This document shows, piece by piece, positions 37,048-47,923 of a stretch of DNA of 64,000 nucleotides. A program made the position numbers and the translations under genes. The notes under the pieces were generated by a model, which saw only the letters and a list, made by a program, of their open reading frames with translations, did no database searches and was not told the DNA's origin. The stretch's first letter is position 1. Each line of letters begins with the position of its first letter. Where the stretch lies: the sequence record LR877332, one strand, 5' to 3'. The DNA is from Shigella phage vB_SsoM_JK08.

Positions 37048-37134
37048 TGGTGGGGAGTGGTGGAGTCGAACCACCCGAGTCGCAATGACAATGAATTTAC
37101 AGTCCACACCGCTACCTCTACGGGATAACTCCCC
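37048..37134 (-). tRNA. tRNA-Tyr-like (anticodon GUA), long variable arm, atypical D-arm
   Basis: acceptor ggggagt/actcccc, T-arm ggtgg-agtcgaa-ccacc, anticodon loop CUGUAAA; anticodon stem has 2 G-U pairs and D-arm connector is irregular. Confidence 0.5.
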
Positions 37135-37143
37135 AAATTAATT

Positions 37144-37218
37144 TGGTGGCCCTGGGTGGAATTGAACCACCATCTGGCGATTATGAGTCGCTTGCTTGAA
37201 CCTTCCAGCTACAGGGCC
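37144..37218 (-). tRNA. tRNA with CAU anticodon (Met or Ile2)
   Basis: acceptor ggccctg/cagggcc, anticodon loop CUCAUAA. Confidence 0.75.
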
Positions 37219-37219
37219 T

Positions 37220-37295
37220 TGGTGCTGATTGACGGAATCGAACCGCCGACCTTCTCATTACAAGTGAGTTGCTCTACCTACTGAGCTAAATCAGC
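37220..37295 (-). tRNA. tRNA-Thr (anticodon UGU)
   Basis: acceptor gctgatt/aatcagc, anticodon loop CUUGUAA. Confidence 0.75.
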
Positions 37296-37300
37296 AAAAC

Positions 37301-37390
37301 TGGCGGAGGCGATAGGATTTGAACCTATGAGTCGCCGGAGCGACTGCCGGTTTTCAAGACCGGTGCATTAAACCACTCTGCCACGCCTCC
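37301..37390 (-). tRNA. tRNA-Ser (anticodon UGA), long variable arm
   Basis: acceptor ggaggcg/cgcctcc, variable stem gtcgc/gcgac, anticodon loop CUUGAAA. Confidence 0.75.
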
Positions 37391-37392
37391 AG

Positions 37393-37466
37393 TCTCCGTG
37401 GCAGGATTTGAACCTACGACATTCTGCTCCCAAAGCAGACGCTCTACCAAACTGAGCTACACGGAG
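37393..37466 (-). tRNA. tRNA-Pro (anticodon UGG), CCA not encoded
   Basis: acceptor ctccgtg/cacggag, anticodon loop UUUGGGA. Confidence 0.7.
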
Positions 37467-37476
37467 TAAATTAAAT

Positions 37477-37550
<74 letters not shown>

Positions 37551-37555
37551 AAATT

Positions 37556-37642
37556 TGGTGCGAGAAGTGGGACTCGAACCCACAAGGAAATCATTCCGCA
37601 GCATTTTAAGTGCTGTGCCTTTACCAATTTGGCCATTCTCGC
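37556..37642 (-). tRNA. tRNA-Leu (anticodon UAA), long variable arm
   Basis: acceptor gcgagaa/ttctcgc, variable stem ggaa/ttcc, anticodon loop CUUAAAA. Confidence 0.75.
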
Positions 37643-37643
37643 G

Positions 37644-37716
37644 CTGGGAATAAAGGACTCGAACCTTTGCATCCTGGAATCAAAATCCAGTGCCTTACCA
37701 ACTTGGCTAATTCCCA
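37644..37716 (-). tRNA. tRNA-Gln (anticodon UUG), CCA not encoded
   Basis: acceptor tgggaat/attccca, anticodon stem ctgga/tccag, loop UUUUGAU. Confidence 0.7.
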
Positions 37717-37813
37717 ATTATTAACAAAGGCTCTTAAGCAAGAACCCTTGATGATAGAGGGTATTAATCAGTGCGATATGAGTTAATAATAACAAATAAT
37801 TCTTAAAGCATAT

Positions 37814-38101
37814 TTACCATTTATAATAATACATATTTACGATGCATTCAAGACCCAAAGGATTCTTGAAAATATCATATTCAAGAGGACCTTTTTCTGT
37901 TTCAATAAAGAAATCAAAATTTACTGTATTAAATTTACGTTCTTCCTTCACTAATTTAACTTGAGAAGATGAACGGTCAATGTAAACCTTTTCAACTTCA
38001 AAACATGTTAAAATGCCATAATCATCAATCAAAGCTTTAGCCGCGTCTTGATCATATTTATATCCATTTTCAATGGATGATACTTTCGCATAAAGAATCA
38101 T
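37814..38101 (-). CDS. hypothetical protein
   Basis: 95-aa ORF. Confidence 0.5.
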   Translation of the reverse strand: MILYAKVSSIENGYKYDQDAAKALIDDYGILTCFEVEKVYIDRSSSQVKLVKEERKFNTVNFDFFIETEKGPLEYDIFKNPLGLECIVNMYYYKW

Positions 38102-38103
38102 TA

Positions 38104-38502
38104 TCAGCCTTCATCAACAATAGTGTGAGTATTAGCATTTACGATTTGCCACCAATCAAAGCGATTAGAATCCATCGGTTTGTTTTCATTTTCTTTGATA
38201 ATGTCACGGAGTTCATCTTCAGAGAATGCTTTAGCAATTAAATCGGTATACCCACCACGGGGATAATAATTATCACCTGCAAACAAAAGGAAATTTACCT
38301 TCCCGGAAGCAACATATGCTTCCTTAGGATACTTGTTTCCTGCGTGGTCAACCACTTCAATATAACGGTAAGGAATATCGGTTCTTTCAACCCATTGCCA
38401 TGCCGCCGCAGGGGAATCGAAAGCATCTACACCTAAACGATTATCTTCATCTTTAGACGGATTATTTTCGTAATCCGCATATACATAATATTCAACGTTC
38501 AT
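38104..38502 (-). CDS. hypothetical protein
   Basis: 132-aa ORF. Confidence 0.5.
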   Translation of the reverse strand: MNVEYYVYADYENNPSKDEDNRLGVDAFDSPAAAWQWVERTDIPYRYIEVVDHAGNKYPKEAYVASGKVNFLLFAGDNYYPRGGYTDLIAKAFSEDELRDIIKENENKPMDSNRFDWWQIVNANTHTIVDEG

Positions 38503-38687
38503 TATTCACCTTTAGAAATTTTATCCATAACAATAGCAATTAAACCAATTAAAAATGCTACTACAAGTGAAAACACATTTTCTGCTGTAGTCAATAATCC
38601 ACATATAAATCCAACAAACATTGAAAAACTAAAAGCGGAAGCAGAAATTGCAATAGCAACATTTCGAATTAATTCACAACGTTTCAT
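38502..38687 (-). CDS. small membrane protein
   Basis: 61-aa ORF, almost entirely hydrophobic. Confidence 0.5.
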   Translation of the reverse strand: MKRCELIRNVAIAISASAFSFSMFVGFICGLLTTAENVFSLVVAFLIGLIAIVMDKISKGE

Positions 38688-38716
38688 TTTATTCTCCTCA
38701 GTAGTAGATAGGGTAA

Positions 38717-38744
38717 TAGTATCACTACCCTATCTAAAAGTAAA
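38717..38744 (-). promoter_or_regulatory. early promoter inside stem-loop cassette (PeSL-like)
   Basis: -10 TGaTACTAT (RC of 38717-38725) embedded in inverted repeat gataggg...ccctatc; -35 TTTACT. Confidence 0.5.
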
Positions 38745-38745
38745 C

Positions 38746-38991
38746 TTATTTTTTACGAAAAATTGATTTATTTTCTGCTGCCCATTTTTCAATAACTGCA
38801 GCAGGACCAGTAACAACAATTTTATCACCGTAATCTTCTGCGGCGAGTTGACCGAAATTATCTAATGCATCACGAAGAACTCCATGAGGCATTTCACCCA
38901 TTTTATCTTTCTTGCCAGTGTAAATAAACTCAACTTTTACATCAGCAGTTTCAGCAATAAATTCTTGGTAAGTTTTCATTTTGATTTCCAT
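38746..38991 (-). CDS. internal-protein-like protein (capsid-targeting sequence MKTYQEFIAE)
   Basis: 81-aa ORF; residues 5-14 MKTYQEFIAE match the T4 internal-protein targeting sequence; true start may be the second ATG (38979). Confidence 0.6.
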   Translation of the reverse strand: MEIKMKTYQEFIAETADVKVEFIYTGKKDKMGEMPHGVLRDALDNFGQLAAEDYGDKIVVTGPAAVIEKWAAENKSIFRKK

Positions 38992-39014
38992 TTGGTTTTG
39001 TTTTGATAGGGTAA

Positions 39015-39042
39015 TAGTATCACAACTAAAACCCTATGTAAA
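39015..39042 (-). promoter_or_regulatory. early promoter inside stem-loop cassette (PeSL-like)
   Basis: gtaatagtatcac -10 region flanked by tagggt/accctat; -35 GTTTACA; shared downstream block gtaaacaactttgtgaaattattttaa. Confidence 0.5.
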
Positions 39043-39055
39043 CAACTTTGTGAAA

Positions 39056-39313
39056 TTATTTTAAATCTTCTAATCGTTTCTTCATCTTAGAACCATTTTT
39101 AGCAATTTCTCCTGCATCGGAGCATAATGCTAAAAGTGCTTTAACTTTAGTTTGGTCTCCTTTAAAAGATGAAGGATCGACCGCAGCAGCAAGTTCTTTA
39201 ATACGAGAGAAAAGACGCTCAGCTTCAGCTAAAGCCATTCCAAGCTTTACTTCCATACCGTGGGAAGATTCGGTGATAGTAGTTTTTGTAGCAAACTCTT
39301 TGAAAGTTTTCAT
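39056..39313 (-). CDS. internal-protein-like protein (N-terminus MKTFKEFATK)
   Basis: 85-aa ORF with targeting-sequence-like N-terminus and ITE motif. Confidence 0.5.
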   Translation of the reverse strand: MKTFKEFATKTTITESSHGMEVKLGMALAEAERLFSRIKELAAAVDPSSFKGDQTKVKALLALCSDAGEIAKNGSKMKKRLEDLK

Positions 39314-39344
39314 TTTTATTTTCCTAATTAATTTTGATGAGGTA

Positions 39345-39372
39345 ATAGTATCACTACCTCATCAGTATGTAA
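39345..39372 (-). promoter_or_regulatory. early promoter inside stem-loop cassette (PeSL-like)
   Basis: gatgaggta-atagtatcac-tacctcatc inverted repeat around -10; -35 GTTTACA; near-identical to the cassette at 39001-39060. Confidence 0.5.
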
Positions 39373-39386
39373 ACAACTTTGTGAAA

Positions 39387-40071
<685 letters not shown>

Positions 40072-40072
<1 letters not shown>

Positions 40073-40797
40073 TATAGTACCTTTAGTGTATTTTTAATTT
40101 TAGAAAAAAGTTCTTCAAGAGAACCATCGTTTGTAATTACTAAATCGCCATCACGAATTGGCAATCCAGCTTCTGTAATATGTGTATCATTGGATTTTTG
40201 ACCAGGACGAACTACATGAATTACTGTAGCACCCATCGCCCTAGCCGCATCCATTTCATGATCTTGACGGGTATCAGGAACGATATAATAATCATAACCT
40301 GAGTTAAATTTATCAAGATAATCTAAAGCAAATAATTTTACCCAGTACATGCGGTCGAAGTTATTAACAATCAAATCCGTACCTAGGGCTTGCATCAGAC
40401 GACGGACTGACCATTGATCTTCAATATTATTTATAACGTCAATAATCTTGTTAAATGCTACGGAATTAACTGATTCTTGTCCTTCGTCATCAAAAACAAA
40501 CACACCTTTAATTGGGCTTTTACCATTAAGATAGCAAAATGCTTGTTCCATAATCGTGATTACTTCTAATTTAGTTAGATTTAAATTAGTCTCACGATCA
40601 TAGTCAATTCCTTCAAACTCTTTACGAGTTAAGCAAGGATAGTCGGTATTTGCTGCAAATACTCCCCATGCATAAGCCAATGCATCCTTAATAGGACCAG
40701 CAAGTTGGTATTTAACTGCAGAATAATTGCTCATGATAAAATCAGCAGTAGTATCTTTTCCACTACGCTTTACACCGCTTAAAAAGATTAGTTTCAT
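40072..40797 (-). CDS. 1: deoxynucleoside monophosphate kinase gp1
   Basis: 241-aa ORF; P-loop GVKRSGKDT; synteny 57A-1-3-2-4. Confidence 0.88.
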
Positions 40798-40846
40798 ATG
40801 TTTCTCCTCAAATTTAGTTAAGATTATAACACATGAAACTGAAGCA

Positions 40847-41377
40847 TTAAACTTCCGCTATAATTTTTCCATCTTTTTCTACTTGAAAATACGTATAAGG
40901 AATCGTTGCTGTACATACTAAAGCCGGGTCTGAATCTTCTGTGTAGCTAAATTCTACTTCAGATAGGTCAGAAACCCAAGGCTTATAAAAATTTATTGAC
41001 ATCACGATTTCAGTTTTGCTATTATCTAAAATGTAAAGCGTAATGTATTCAGGACCTGTTTTTTGGGCAGTATTTTCACCTGTAAGATAGTTGCTAGTTC
41101 CTAGCATCCATTCATACATTCCTATCCATGACTTAAGTTCTTCATCAACTATAAATCTCACGATGAGTGGATCGTACTCAAATGTAGCACCTGGACGTTG
41201 TGCTCGGCCCAGTCCAAACGGCCCAGTCACGGTATCAGTAACAGGTATTCTAATTCCTGGAATAGGAACTGACTGAGCATTTAAAGTAAAAGCAGATGTA
41301 GTATTACTATGTGGTATTGATACTACAAAGTTAGTTGTATTTGCTTGGTTAAAAATTTGTTGCAGTGCTTGCGACAT
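40847..41377 (-). CDS. 3: tail completion/sheath stabiliser gp3 (start refined)
   Basis: ORF-track 40847..41458; internal ATG 41377 with GAGGAA RBS gives 176 aa as in T4 gp3. Confidence 0.75.
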   Translation of the reverse strand: MSQALQQIFNQANTTNFVVSIPHSNTTSAFTLNAQSVPIPGIRIPVTDTVTGPFGLGRAQRPGATFEYDPLIVRFIVDEELKSWIGMYEWMLGTSNYLTGENTAQKTGPEYITLYILDNSKTEIVMSINFYKPWVSDLSEVEFSYTEDSDPALVCTATIPYTYFQVEKDGKIIAEV

Positions 41378-41483
41378 ATATTCCTCATAATGCTTTATAA
41401 CTGTTGGTGGTATAATGGGTCTAAGTCCCTTCCATTCAATTCCATTTAGAACAAACAACAGAAAAGAATGGAAGATAATAGAA

Positions 41484-42308
41484 TTAGATATTTGACCAGA
41501 CTTTGTTTGCAGAGAAACGTTTTCCTTTTGAAACGAACTGCTGAAGTGGCATTAACACAACGTTCGCCCAGTCTTTCGGGGCGATTTCAACAAGGCTACC
41601 CATAATATTACCAGGTATATATGCCTTAATCATTTGGTCTGCACCCCTAAATCCTTTCACTTGACTCCAATCAATTTTTAATTTCGTTTTATTAGTAATA
41701 GTAGGTGTATTTGCATATTGCTTTAAAAGCTCTTCTAGAAACTGTTGACGAGCTTTAGGTGGAATATAGTGCAAGTTCAATCCGTACATTAAATTATGCT
41801 TACCTAAACCAAGGTAAATTATCAAAGGAAATTTATCCCAGTAAGGAAGAGTTTCCTTGTGTTTAGCATCATAAGCAAAAGCATATATTCGTCCCGGCTG
41901 CGGGCGAACAACTTTATGTCCTTTTACTTGCTTAATAGTTTCAGCAAACCACTTTCTGGTTTTATTATTAATTGCTGCGCCTTCATTACGAATTTTATCG
42001 CGCAATGTTTGTCTGAATGAATTTATCATAAGCAGTTGTCTTTCTTGCTTATTGAGTTTATTCATTGGTTTTGATTCAAGCTTTTGAATCTTTTCAGCCG
42101 TTTTAATTCCTGAAGCATATTTTGACATTGCTGAAGTAAACGTAGAGTATTTGATTCCTCTTTCTTCAGCAAATTGCTTTCCTGTCATTCCTTTTGCTTT
42201 GGCCTTTTTATATTCAAGACCTATCTGAATCCATTTCTTTTCGTTTAATGATTGCTTAACCTTTGGAACTTGGGGAGTGCTTTCATTAATTATTTGAAAA
42301 ATAGCCAT
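41484..42308 (-). CDS. 2: DNA end protector gp2
   Basis: 274-aa ORF, length and position as T4 gp2. Confidence 0.8.
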
Positions 42309-42760
42309 TATGCCCCCTTAAAGCCAAGAGCTCGTAATCCATCTTCTGTCAGAATTCTAAATTTTATTCCACGCTTTTCAGCTAAAGCTTGCGCTGCTTT
42401 CCATTTGTCGGTATTAACAGAATATGTATAAATTTCATTCATAAATCTTTTCTTCGCTGCGGTTGTTAGATGTGCTGGTTTAACTGGTGGTTGTGTTTCT
42501 TTTTTAGGTTTTATTTCAATAAAAAATTCTTGTCCAGAAGAATCTTTCATCCAAATATCCATGAAGTATCTACGTTTTTTCCCTTCTGCATTACAAAAAT
42601 AAGGAATTACTGCTGTTTCACTACCCCATGCAATAATTTCTGGATTTTTATCTAACCATTCAAAAAAGAATTTTTCCCAATTTGATCTATACGTAATTTT
42701 TTTAGGGTCACCTCTATACTTTGATATATTTTTAGGAACCCATTTTCCAGAATATGCCAT
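42308..42760 (-). CDS. 4: head completion protein gp4
   Basis: 150-aa ORF, ATGA overlap with gene 2. Confidence 0.8.
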
Positions 42761-42771
42761 TGGATTCTCCT

Positions 42772-42779
42772 TATAAATA
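42772..42779 (+). promoter_or_regulatory. late promoter TATAAATA for gene 53
   Basis: exact TATAAATA about 28 nt upstream of the gene 53 ATG. Confidence 0.6.
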
Positions 42780-42786
42780 GATAATA

Positions 42787-42794
42787 TATTTATA
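42787..42794 (-). promoter_or_regulatory. late promoter TATAAATA for gene 4 (divergent, interleaved with the gene 53 promoter)
   Basis: RC of 42787-42794 = TATAAATA about 27 nt upstream of the gene 4 ATG. Confidence 0.55.
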
Positions 42795-42807
42795 AACAGG
42801 AGGGCCC

Positions 42808-43398
42808 ATGCTCTTTACATTTTTTGATCCGATTGAATATGCGGCCAAAACGGTGAATAAAAACGCGCCGACTATTCCTATGACAGATATTTTTAGAAAC
42901 TATAAAGACTATTTTAAACGCGCTCTTGCGGGATACCGCTTACGTACTTATTATATCAAAGGTTCACCACGCCCGGAAGAATTAGCAAATACTATATATG
43001 GAAATCCACAGTTGTATTGGGTTTTATTGATGTGTAATGATAATTATGACCCGTATTATGGATGGATTACTTCACAAGAAGCAGCTTATCAAGCATCTAT
43101 ACAAAAATACAAAAATGTAGGTGGAGACCAAATAGTATATCATGTGAATGAGAACGGTGAAAAATTTTATAATTTAATATCATACGATGATAATCCATAT
43201 GTTTGGTATGATAAAGGTGATAAAGCTAGAAAATATCCTCAATATGAAGGAGCACTTGCTGCTGTTAATACGTATGAAGATGCTGTTCTTGAAAATGAAA
43301 AACTTCGTCAAATAAAAATAATAGCAAAATCAGACATTAATTCATTTATGAACGACCTTATACGTATAATGGAGAAATCTTATGGAAATGATAAGTAA
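42808..43398 (+). CDS. 53: baseplate wedge protein gp53
   Basis: 196-aa ORF, position before gene 5. Confidence 0.8.
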   Translation: MLFTFFDPIEYAAKTVNKNAPTIPMTDIFRNYKDYFKRALAGYRLRTYYIKGSPRPEELANTIYGNPQLYWVLLMCNDNYDPYYGWITSQEAAYQASIQKYKNVGGDQIVYHVNENGEKFYNLISYDDNPYVWYDKGDKARKYPQYEGALAAVNTYEDAVLENEKLRQIKIIAKSDINSFMNDLIRIMEKSYGNDK

Positions 43399-45109
43399 TA
43401 ACCTTAATTGGTTTGTTGGTGTTGTTGAAGATAGAATGGACCCATTAAAATTAGGTCGTGTTCGTGTTCGTGTGGTTGGTCTGCATCCACCTCAAAGAGC
43501 ACAAGGCGATGTAATGGGTATTCCAACTGAAAAATTACCATGGATGTCAGTTATTCAACCTATAACTTCTGCAGCAATGTCTGGAATTGGAGGTTCTGTT
43601 ACTGGACCGGTAGAAGGAACTAGAGTTTATGGTCATTTTTTAGACAAATGGAAAACTAACGGAATTGTCCTTGGCACGTATGGTGGAATAGTTCGCGAAA
43701 AACCGAATAGACTTGAAGGATTTTCTGACCCAACTGGGCAATATCCTAGACGTTTAGGAAATGATACTAATGTATTAAACCAAGGCGGAGAAGTAGGATA
43801 TGATTCGTCTTCTAACATTATCCAAGATAGTAACTTAGACACTGCAATAAATCCCGATGATAGACCACTATCAGAGATTCCAACCGATGATAATCCAAAT
43901 ATGTCAATGGCTGACATGCTTCGCCGTGATGAAGGATTAAGACTAAAAGTTTATTGGGATACTGAAGGATATCCGACAATTGGTATTGGTCATCTTATCA
44001 TGAAGCAGCCAGTTCGTGATATGGCTCAAATTAATAAAGTTTTATCAAAACAAGTTGGTCGTGAAATTACTGGAAACCCAGGTTCTATTACGATGGAAGA
44101 GGCGACGACTTTATTTGAACGTGATTTGGCTGATATGCAACGGGACATTAAATCACATTCTAAAGTAGGACCAGTCTGGCAAGCTGTCAACCGTTCTCGT
44201 CAAATGGCGTTAGAAAATATGGCATTTCAAATGGGTGTTGGCGGTGTAGCTAAATTTAACACAATGTTAACTGCTATGTTAGCCGGAGATTGGGAAAAAG
44301 CATATAAAGCCGGTCGTGATTCATTGTGGTATCAACAAACAAAAGGCCGTGCATCCCGTGTTACCATGATTATTCTTACGGGGAATTTGGAATCATATGG
44401 TGTTGAAGTGAAAACCCCAGCTAGGTCTCTATCAGCAATGGCTGCTACTGTAGCTAAATCTTCTGACCCGGCTGACCCTCCTATTCCAAATGACTCGAGA
44501 ATTTTATTCAAAGAACCAGTTTCTTCATATAAAGGTGAATATCCTTATGTGCATACAATGGAAACTGAAAGCGGACATATTCAGGAATTTGATGATACTC
44601 CTGGGCAAGAACGATACAGATTAGTTCATCCGACTGGAACTTATGAAGAAGTATCACCGTCAGGAAGAAGAACAAGAAAAACTGTCGATAATTTGTATGA
44701 TATAACCAACGCTGATGGTAATTTTTTGGTAGCCGGTGATAAAAAGACTAACGTCGGTGGATCAGAAATTTATTACAACATGGATAATCGTCTTCACCAA
44801 ATAGATGGAAGCAATACAATATTTGTACGTGGCGATGAAACTAAGACAGTTGAAGGCAATGGAACTATCCTAGTTAAAGGTAATGTTACTATTGTAGTTG
44901 AAGGTAATGCTGACATTACAGTTAAAGGAGATGCTACCACTTTAGTTGAAGGAAATCAAACTAACACAGTAAATGGAAATCTTTCTTGGAAAGTTGCTGG
45001 GACAGTTGATTGGGACGTTGGTGGTGATTGGACAGAAAAAATGGCATCTATGAGTTCTATTTCATCTGGTCAATACACAATTGATGGATCGAGGATTGAC
45101 ATTGGCTAA
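43382..45109 (+). CDS. 5: baseplate hub/tail lysozyme gp5
   Basis: 575-aa ORF; lysozyme domain DEGLRLKVYWDTEGYPTIGIGHL parallels e; C-terminal VxGxxxxx beta-helix repeats. Confidence 0.93.
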   Translation: MEMISNNLNWFVGVVEDRMDPLKLGRVRVRVVGLHPPQRAQGDVMGIPTEKLPWMSVIQPITSAAMSGIGGSVTGPVEGTRVYGHFLDKWKTNGIVLGTYGGIVREKPNRLEGFSDPTGQYPRRLGNDTNVLNQGGEVGYDSSSNIIQDSNLDTAINPDDRPLSEIPTDDNPNMSMADMLRRDEGLRLKVYWDTEGYPTIGIGHLIMKQPVRDMAQINKVLSKQVGREITGNPGSITMEEATTLFERDLADMQRDIKSHSKVGPVWQAVNRSRQMALENMAFQMGVGGVAKFNTMLTAMLAGDWEKAYKAGRDSLWYQQTKGRASRVTMIILTGNLESYGVEVKTPARSLSAMAATVAKSSDPADPPIPNDSRILFKEPVSSYKGEYPYVHTMETESGHIQEFDDTPGQERYRLVHPTGTYEEVSPSGRRTRKTVDNLYDITNADGNFLVAGDKKTNVGGSEIYYNMDNRLHQIDGSNTIFVRGDETKTVEGNGTILVKGNVTIVVEGNADITVKGDATTLVEGNQTNTVNGNLSWKVAGTVDWDVGGDWTEKMASMSSISSGQYTIDGSRIDIG

Positions 45110-45638
45110 TATACTTCCAATGAGCGCTGATTTAGGAGAATCCATGGAAGGTTCTTCTATCGACGTCACCTTTACCGCTCAATTAGAAACAGGTGAAACG
45201 TTAGTATCTATAAATATAACTAGTTACGAAGAAACTCCTGGGGTTTTAGTAGAAGAAAATCGCTTATACGGAACATATGAATCTGTGTTTGGATTTGGAA
45301 ATGACGCGTTGAAATATCGTTTAGGCGATGAATTTAAAACTGCTGCTTCATGGGAAGAACTTCCTACTGATTCTGATACTCAGTTGTATTTATGGAAAGC
45401 TCCTCAAAACCTCCAGAAGACATTCACTTACGAAGTAACATTAATATATGACTACCAAGAACAAAGTGAATCTGGAGGTTCTGGCAGTAATTCTAGGTCA
45501 TCTTCTGATACTACTGAACCGACAGATCCTCCTGCTCCAGTAAGAAAAACTCTCGTTAAAAATTATACTAAAACTATAGTTGGAAATTGGAGTCGTTGGG
45601 CTAATAAATTAAGAAGCTATGTGTATGAGAGGTCATAG
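45081..45638 (+). CDS. hypothetical protein (5.1-like), Ser/Gly-rich
   Basis: 185-aa ORF overlapping the gp5 3' end; start may be a downstream ATG. Confidence 0.55.
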
Positions 45639-45932
45639 ATGTCAGGATTAAGTTATGATAAATGTGTTACTGCTGGTCATGAAGCATGGCCTCCAACAGT
45701 TGTGAATGCTACACAAAGTAAAGTATTCACTGGAGGAATTGCTGTTCTCGTAGCAGGTGATCCAATTACAGAACATACAGAAATTAAAAAGCCATATGAA
45801 ACACATGGCGGAGTGACACAACCCAGAACTTCTAAGGTATATGTCACTGGAAAGAAAGCCGTTCAAATGGCTGATCCAATATCATGCGGTGATACTGTGG
45901 CTCAGGCATCATCTAAAGTATTCATTAAATAG
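45639..45932 (+). CDS. 5.4: PAAR-repeat spike tip protein gp5.4
   Basis: 97-aa ORF with PAAR-like VxxGxP repeats and Cys/His residues. Confidence 0.8.
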
Positions 45933-45940
45933 GATTTAAA

Positions 45941-47923
45941 ATGGCAAATACCCCTGTAAATTATCAATTAACAAGAACAGCAAATGCTATTCCCGAGATA
46001 TTCGTCGGGGGTACGTTTGCTGAAATAAAACAAAACCTCATTGAATGGCTTAATGGCCAAAATGAATTTTTGGATTATGATTTTGAAGGCTCAAGATTAA
46101 ACGTTCTGTGTGACCTTTTAGCTTATAATACATTGTACATTCAACAGTTTGGTAATGCTGCTGTGTATGAAAGCTTTATGCGTACTGCTAACTTACGAAG
46201 TTCAGTTGTTCAAGCTGCACAAGATAACGGATATTTACCTACTTCAAAATCCGCTGCGCAGACCGAAATTATGTTAACATGCACCGACGCATTGAATAGG
46301 AATTACATTACTATTCCTCGCGGAACTCGCTTTTTAGCATATGCAAAAGATACTTCTGTTAATCCATATAACTTCGTTTCTACCGAAGACGTTATTGCTA
46401 TTCGTGATAAAAATAACCAATATTTTCCGCGTTTAAAATTGGCCCAGGGACGTATAGTAAGAACTGAAATCATTTATGATAAATTAACACCTATTATCAT
46501 TTATGATAAAAATATTGATAGAAACCAGGTTAAATTATACGTTGATGGAGCAGAATGGATTAACTGGACAAGAAAGTCAATGGTTCATGCTGGTTCTACA
46601 TCGACAATTTACTACATGCGTGAAACTATTGATGGAAATACTGAATTCTATTTTGGTGAAGGTGAAATTTCTGTTAATGCTTCTGAAGGAGCTTTGACCG
46701 CTAATTATATCGGAGGTCTTAAACCTACTCAGAACTCTACGATTGTTATTGAGTACATCAGTACTAATGGTGCTGACGCGAACGGAGCAGTCGGATTTTC
46801 ATACGCAGATACATTAACAAATATAACTGTCATCAATATTAATGAAAATCCAAACGATGACCCAGATTTTGTTGGGGCAGATGGCGGCGGTGATCCAGAA
46901 GATATTGAGCGTATCCGCGAATTGGGTACTATTAAACGCGAAACCCAGCAACGCTGCGTAACTGCGACTGACTATGATACATTCGTTTCAGAGAGATTTG
47001 GTTCTATTATTCAAGCAGTTCAGACTTTCACTGATTCTACTAAACCTGGTTATGCATTTATTGCTGCTAAACCTAAATCAGGTCTGTATTTAACTACTGT
47101 ACAGCGTGAAGATATTAAAAATTATCTCAAAGACTATAATTTAGCTCCTATTACGCCATCAATTATTTCTCCTAATTATCTTTTTATTAAGACTAATTTA
47201 AAAGTCACATATGCTTTAAATAAGCTGCAAGAATCCGAACAGTGGCTCGAAGGTCAAATAATTGATAAAATTGATCGTTATTATACCGAAGACGTAGAAA
47301 TTTTTAATTCATCTTTCGCTAAATCTAAGATGTTGACATATGTAGATGATGCAGATCATTCTATCATTGGCTCATCAGCGACAATTCAAATTGTTCGTGA
47401 AGTACAAAACTTCTATAAAACGCCTGAAGCAGGTATTAAATACAATAATCAAATAAAAGATTGTTCTATGGAATCTAATACGTTTTCATTTAATTCTGGA
47501 CGAAAGGTTGTAAATCCTGATACTGGTTTAGAAGAAGATGTATTATATGACGTTCGCATAGTATCAACAGACCGAGATTCTAAAGGAATTGGTAAAGTTA
47601 TTATTGGTCCATTTGCTTCTGGCGATGTTACAGAAAATGAAAACATTCAGCCATATACAGGCAACGATTTTAACAAATTAGCAAATTCTAATGGACGCGA
47701 CAAATACTATGTTATCGGTGAAATAAATTATCCAGCTGATGTGATTTATTGGAATATCGCTAAAATTAATTTAACATCTGAAAAATTTGAAGTTCAGACC
47801 ATCGAATTATATTCTGACCCAACCGATGATGTTATCTTTACTCGCGACGGTTCACTGATTGTATTTGAAAATGACTTACGTCCACAATACTTAACTATCG
47901 ATTTGGAGCCTATATCACAATGA
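45941..47923 (+). CDS. 6: baseplate wedge protein gp6
   Basis: 660-aa ORF. Confidence 0.9.
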   Translation: MANTPVNYQLTRTANAIPEIFVGGTFAEIKQNLIEWLNGQNEFLDYDFEGSRLNVLCDLLAYNTLYIQQFGNAAVYESFMRTANLRSSVVQAAQDNGYLPTSKSAAQTEIMLTCTDALNRNYITIPRGTRFLAYAKDTSVNPYNFVSTEDVIAIRDKNNQYFPRLKLAQGRIVRTEIIYDKLTPIIIYDKNIDRNQVKLYVDGAEWINWTRKSMVHAGSTSTIYYMRETIDGNTEFYFGEGEISVNASEGALTANYIGGLKPTQNSTIVIEYISTNGADANGAVGFSYADTLTNITVININENPNDDPDFVGADGGGDPEDIERIRELGTIKRETQQRCVTATDYDTFVSERFGSIIQAVQTFTDSTKPGYAFIAAKPKSGLYLTTVQREDIKNYLKDYNLAPITPSIISPNYLFIKTNLKVTYALNKLQESEQWLEGQIIDKIDRYYTEDVEIFNSSFAKSKMLTYVDDADHSIIGSSATIQIVREVQNFYKTPEAGIKYNNQIKDCSMESNTFSFNSGRKVVNPDTGLEEDVLYDVRIVSTDRDSKGIGKVIIGPFASGDVTENENIQPYTGNDFNKLANSNGRDKYYVIGEINYPADVIYWNIAKINLTSEKFEVQTIELYSDPTDDVIFTRDGSLIVFENDLRPQYLTIDLEPISQ

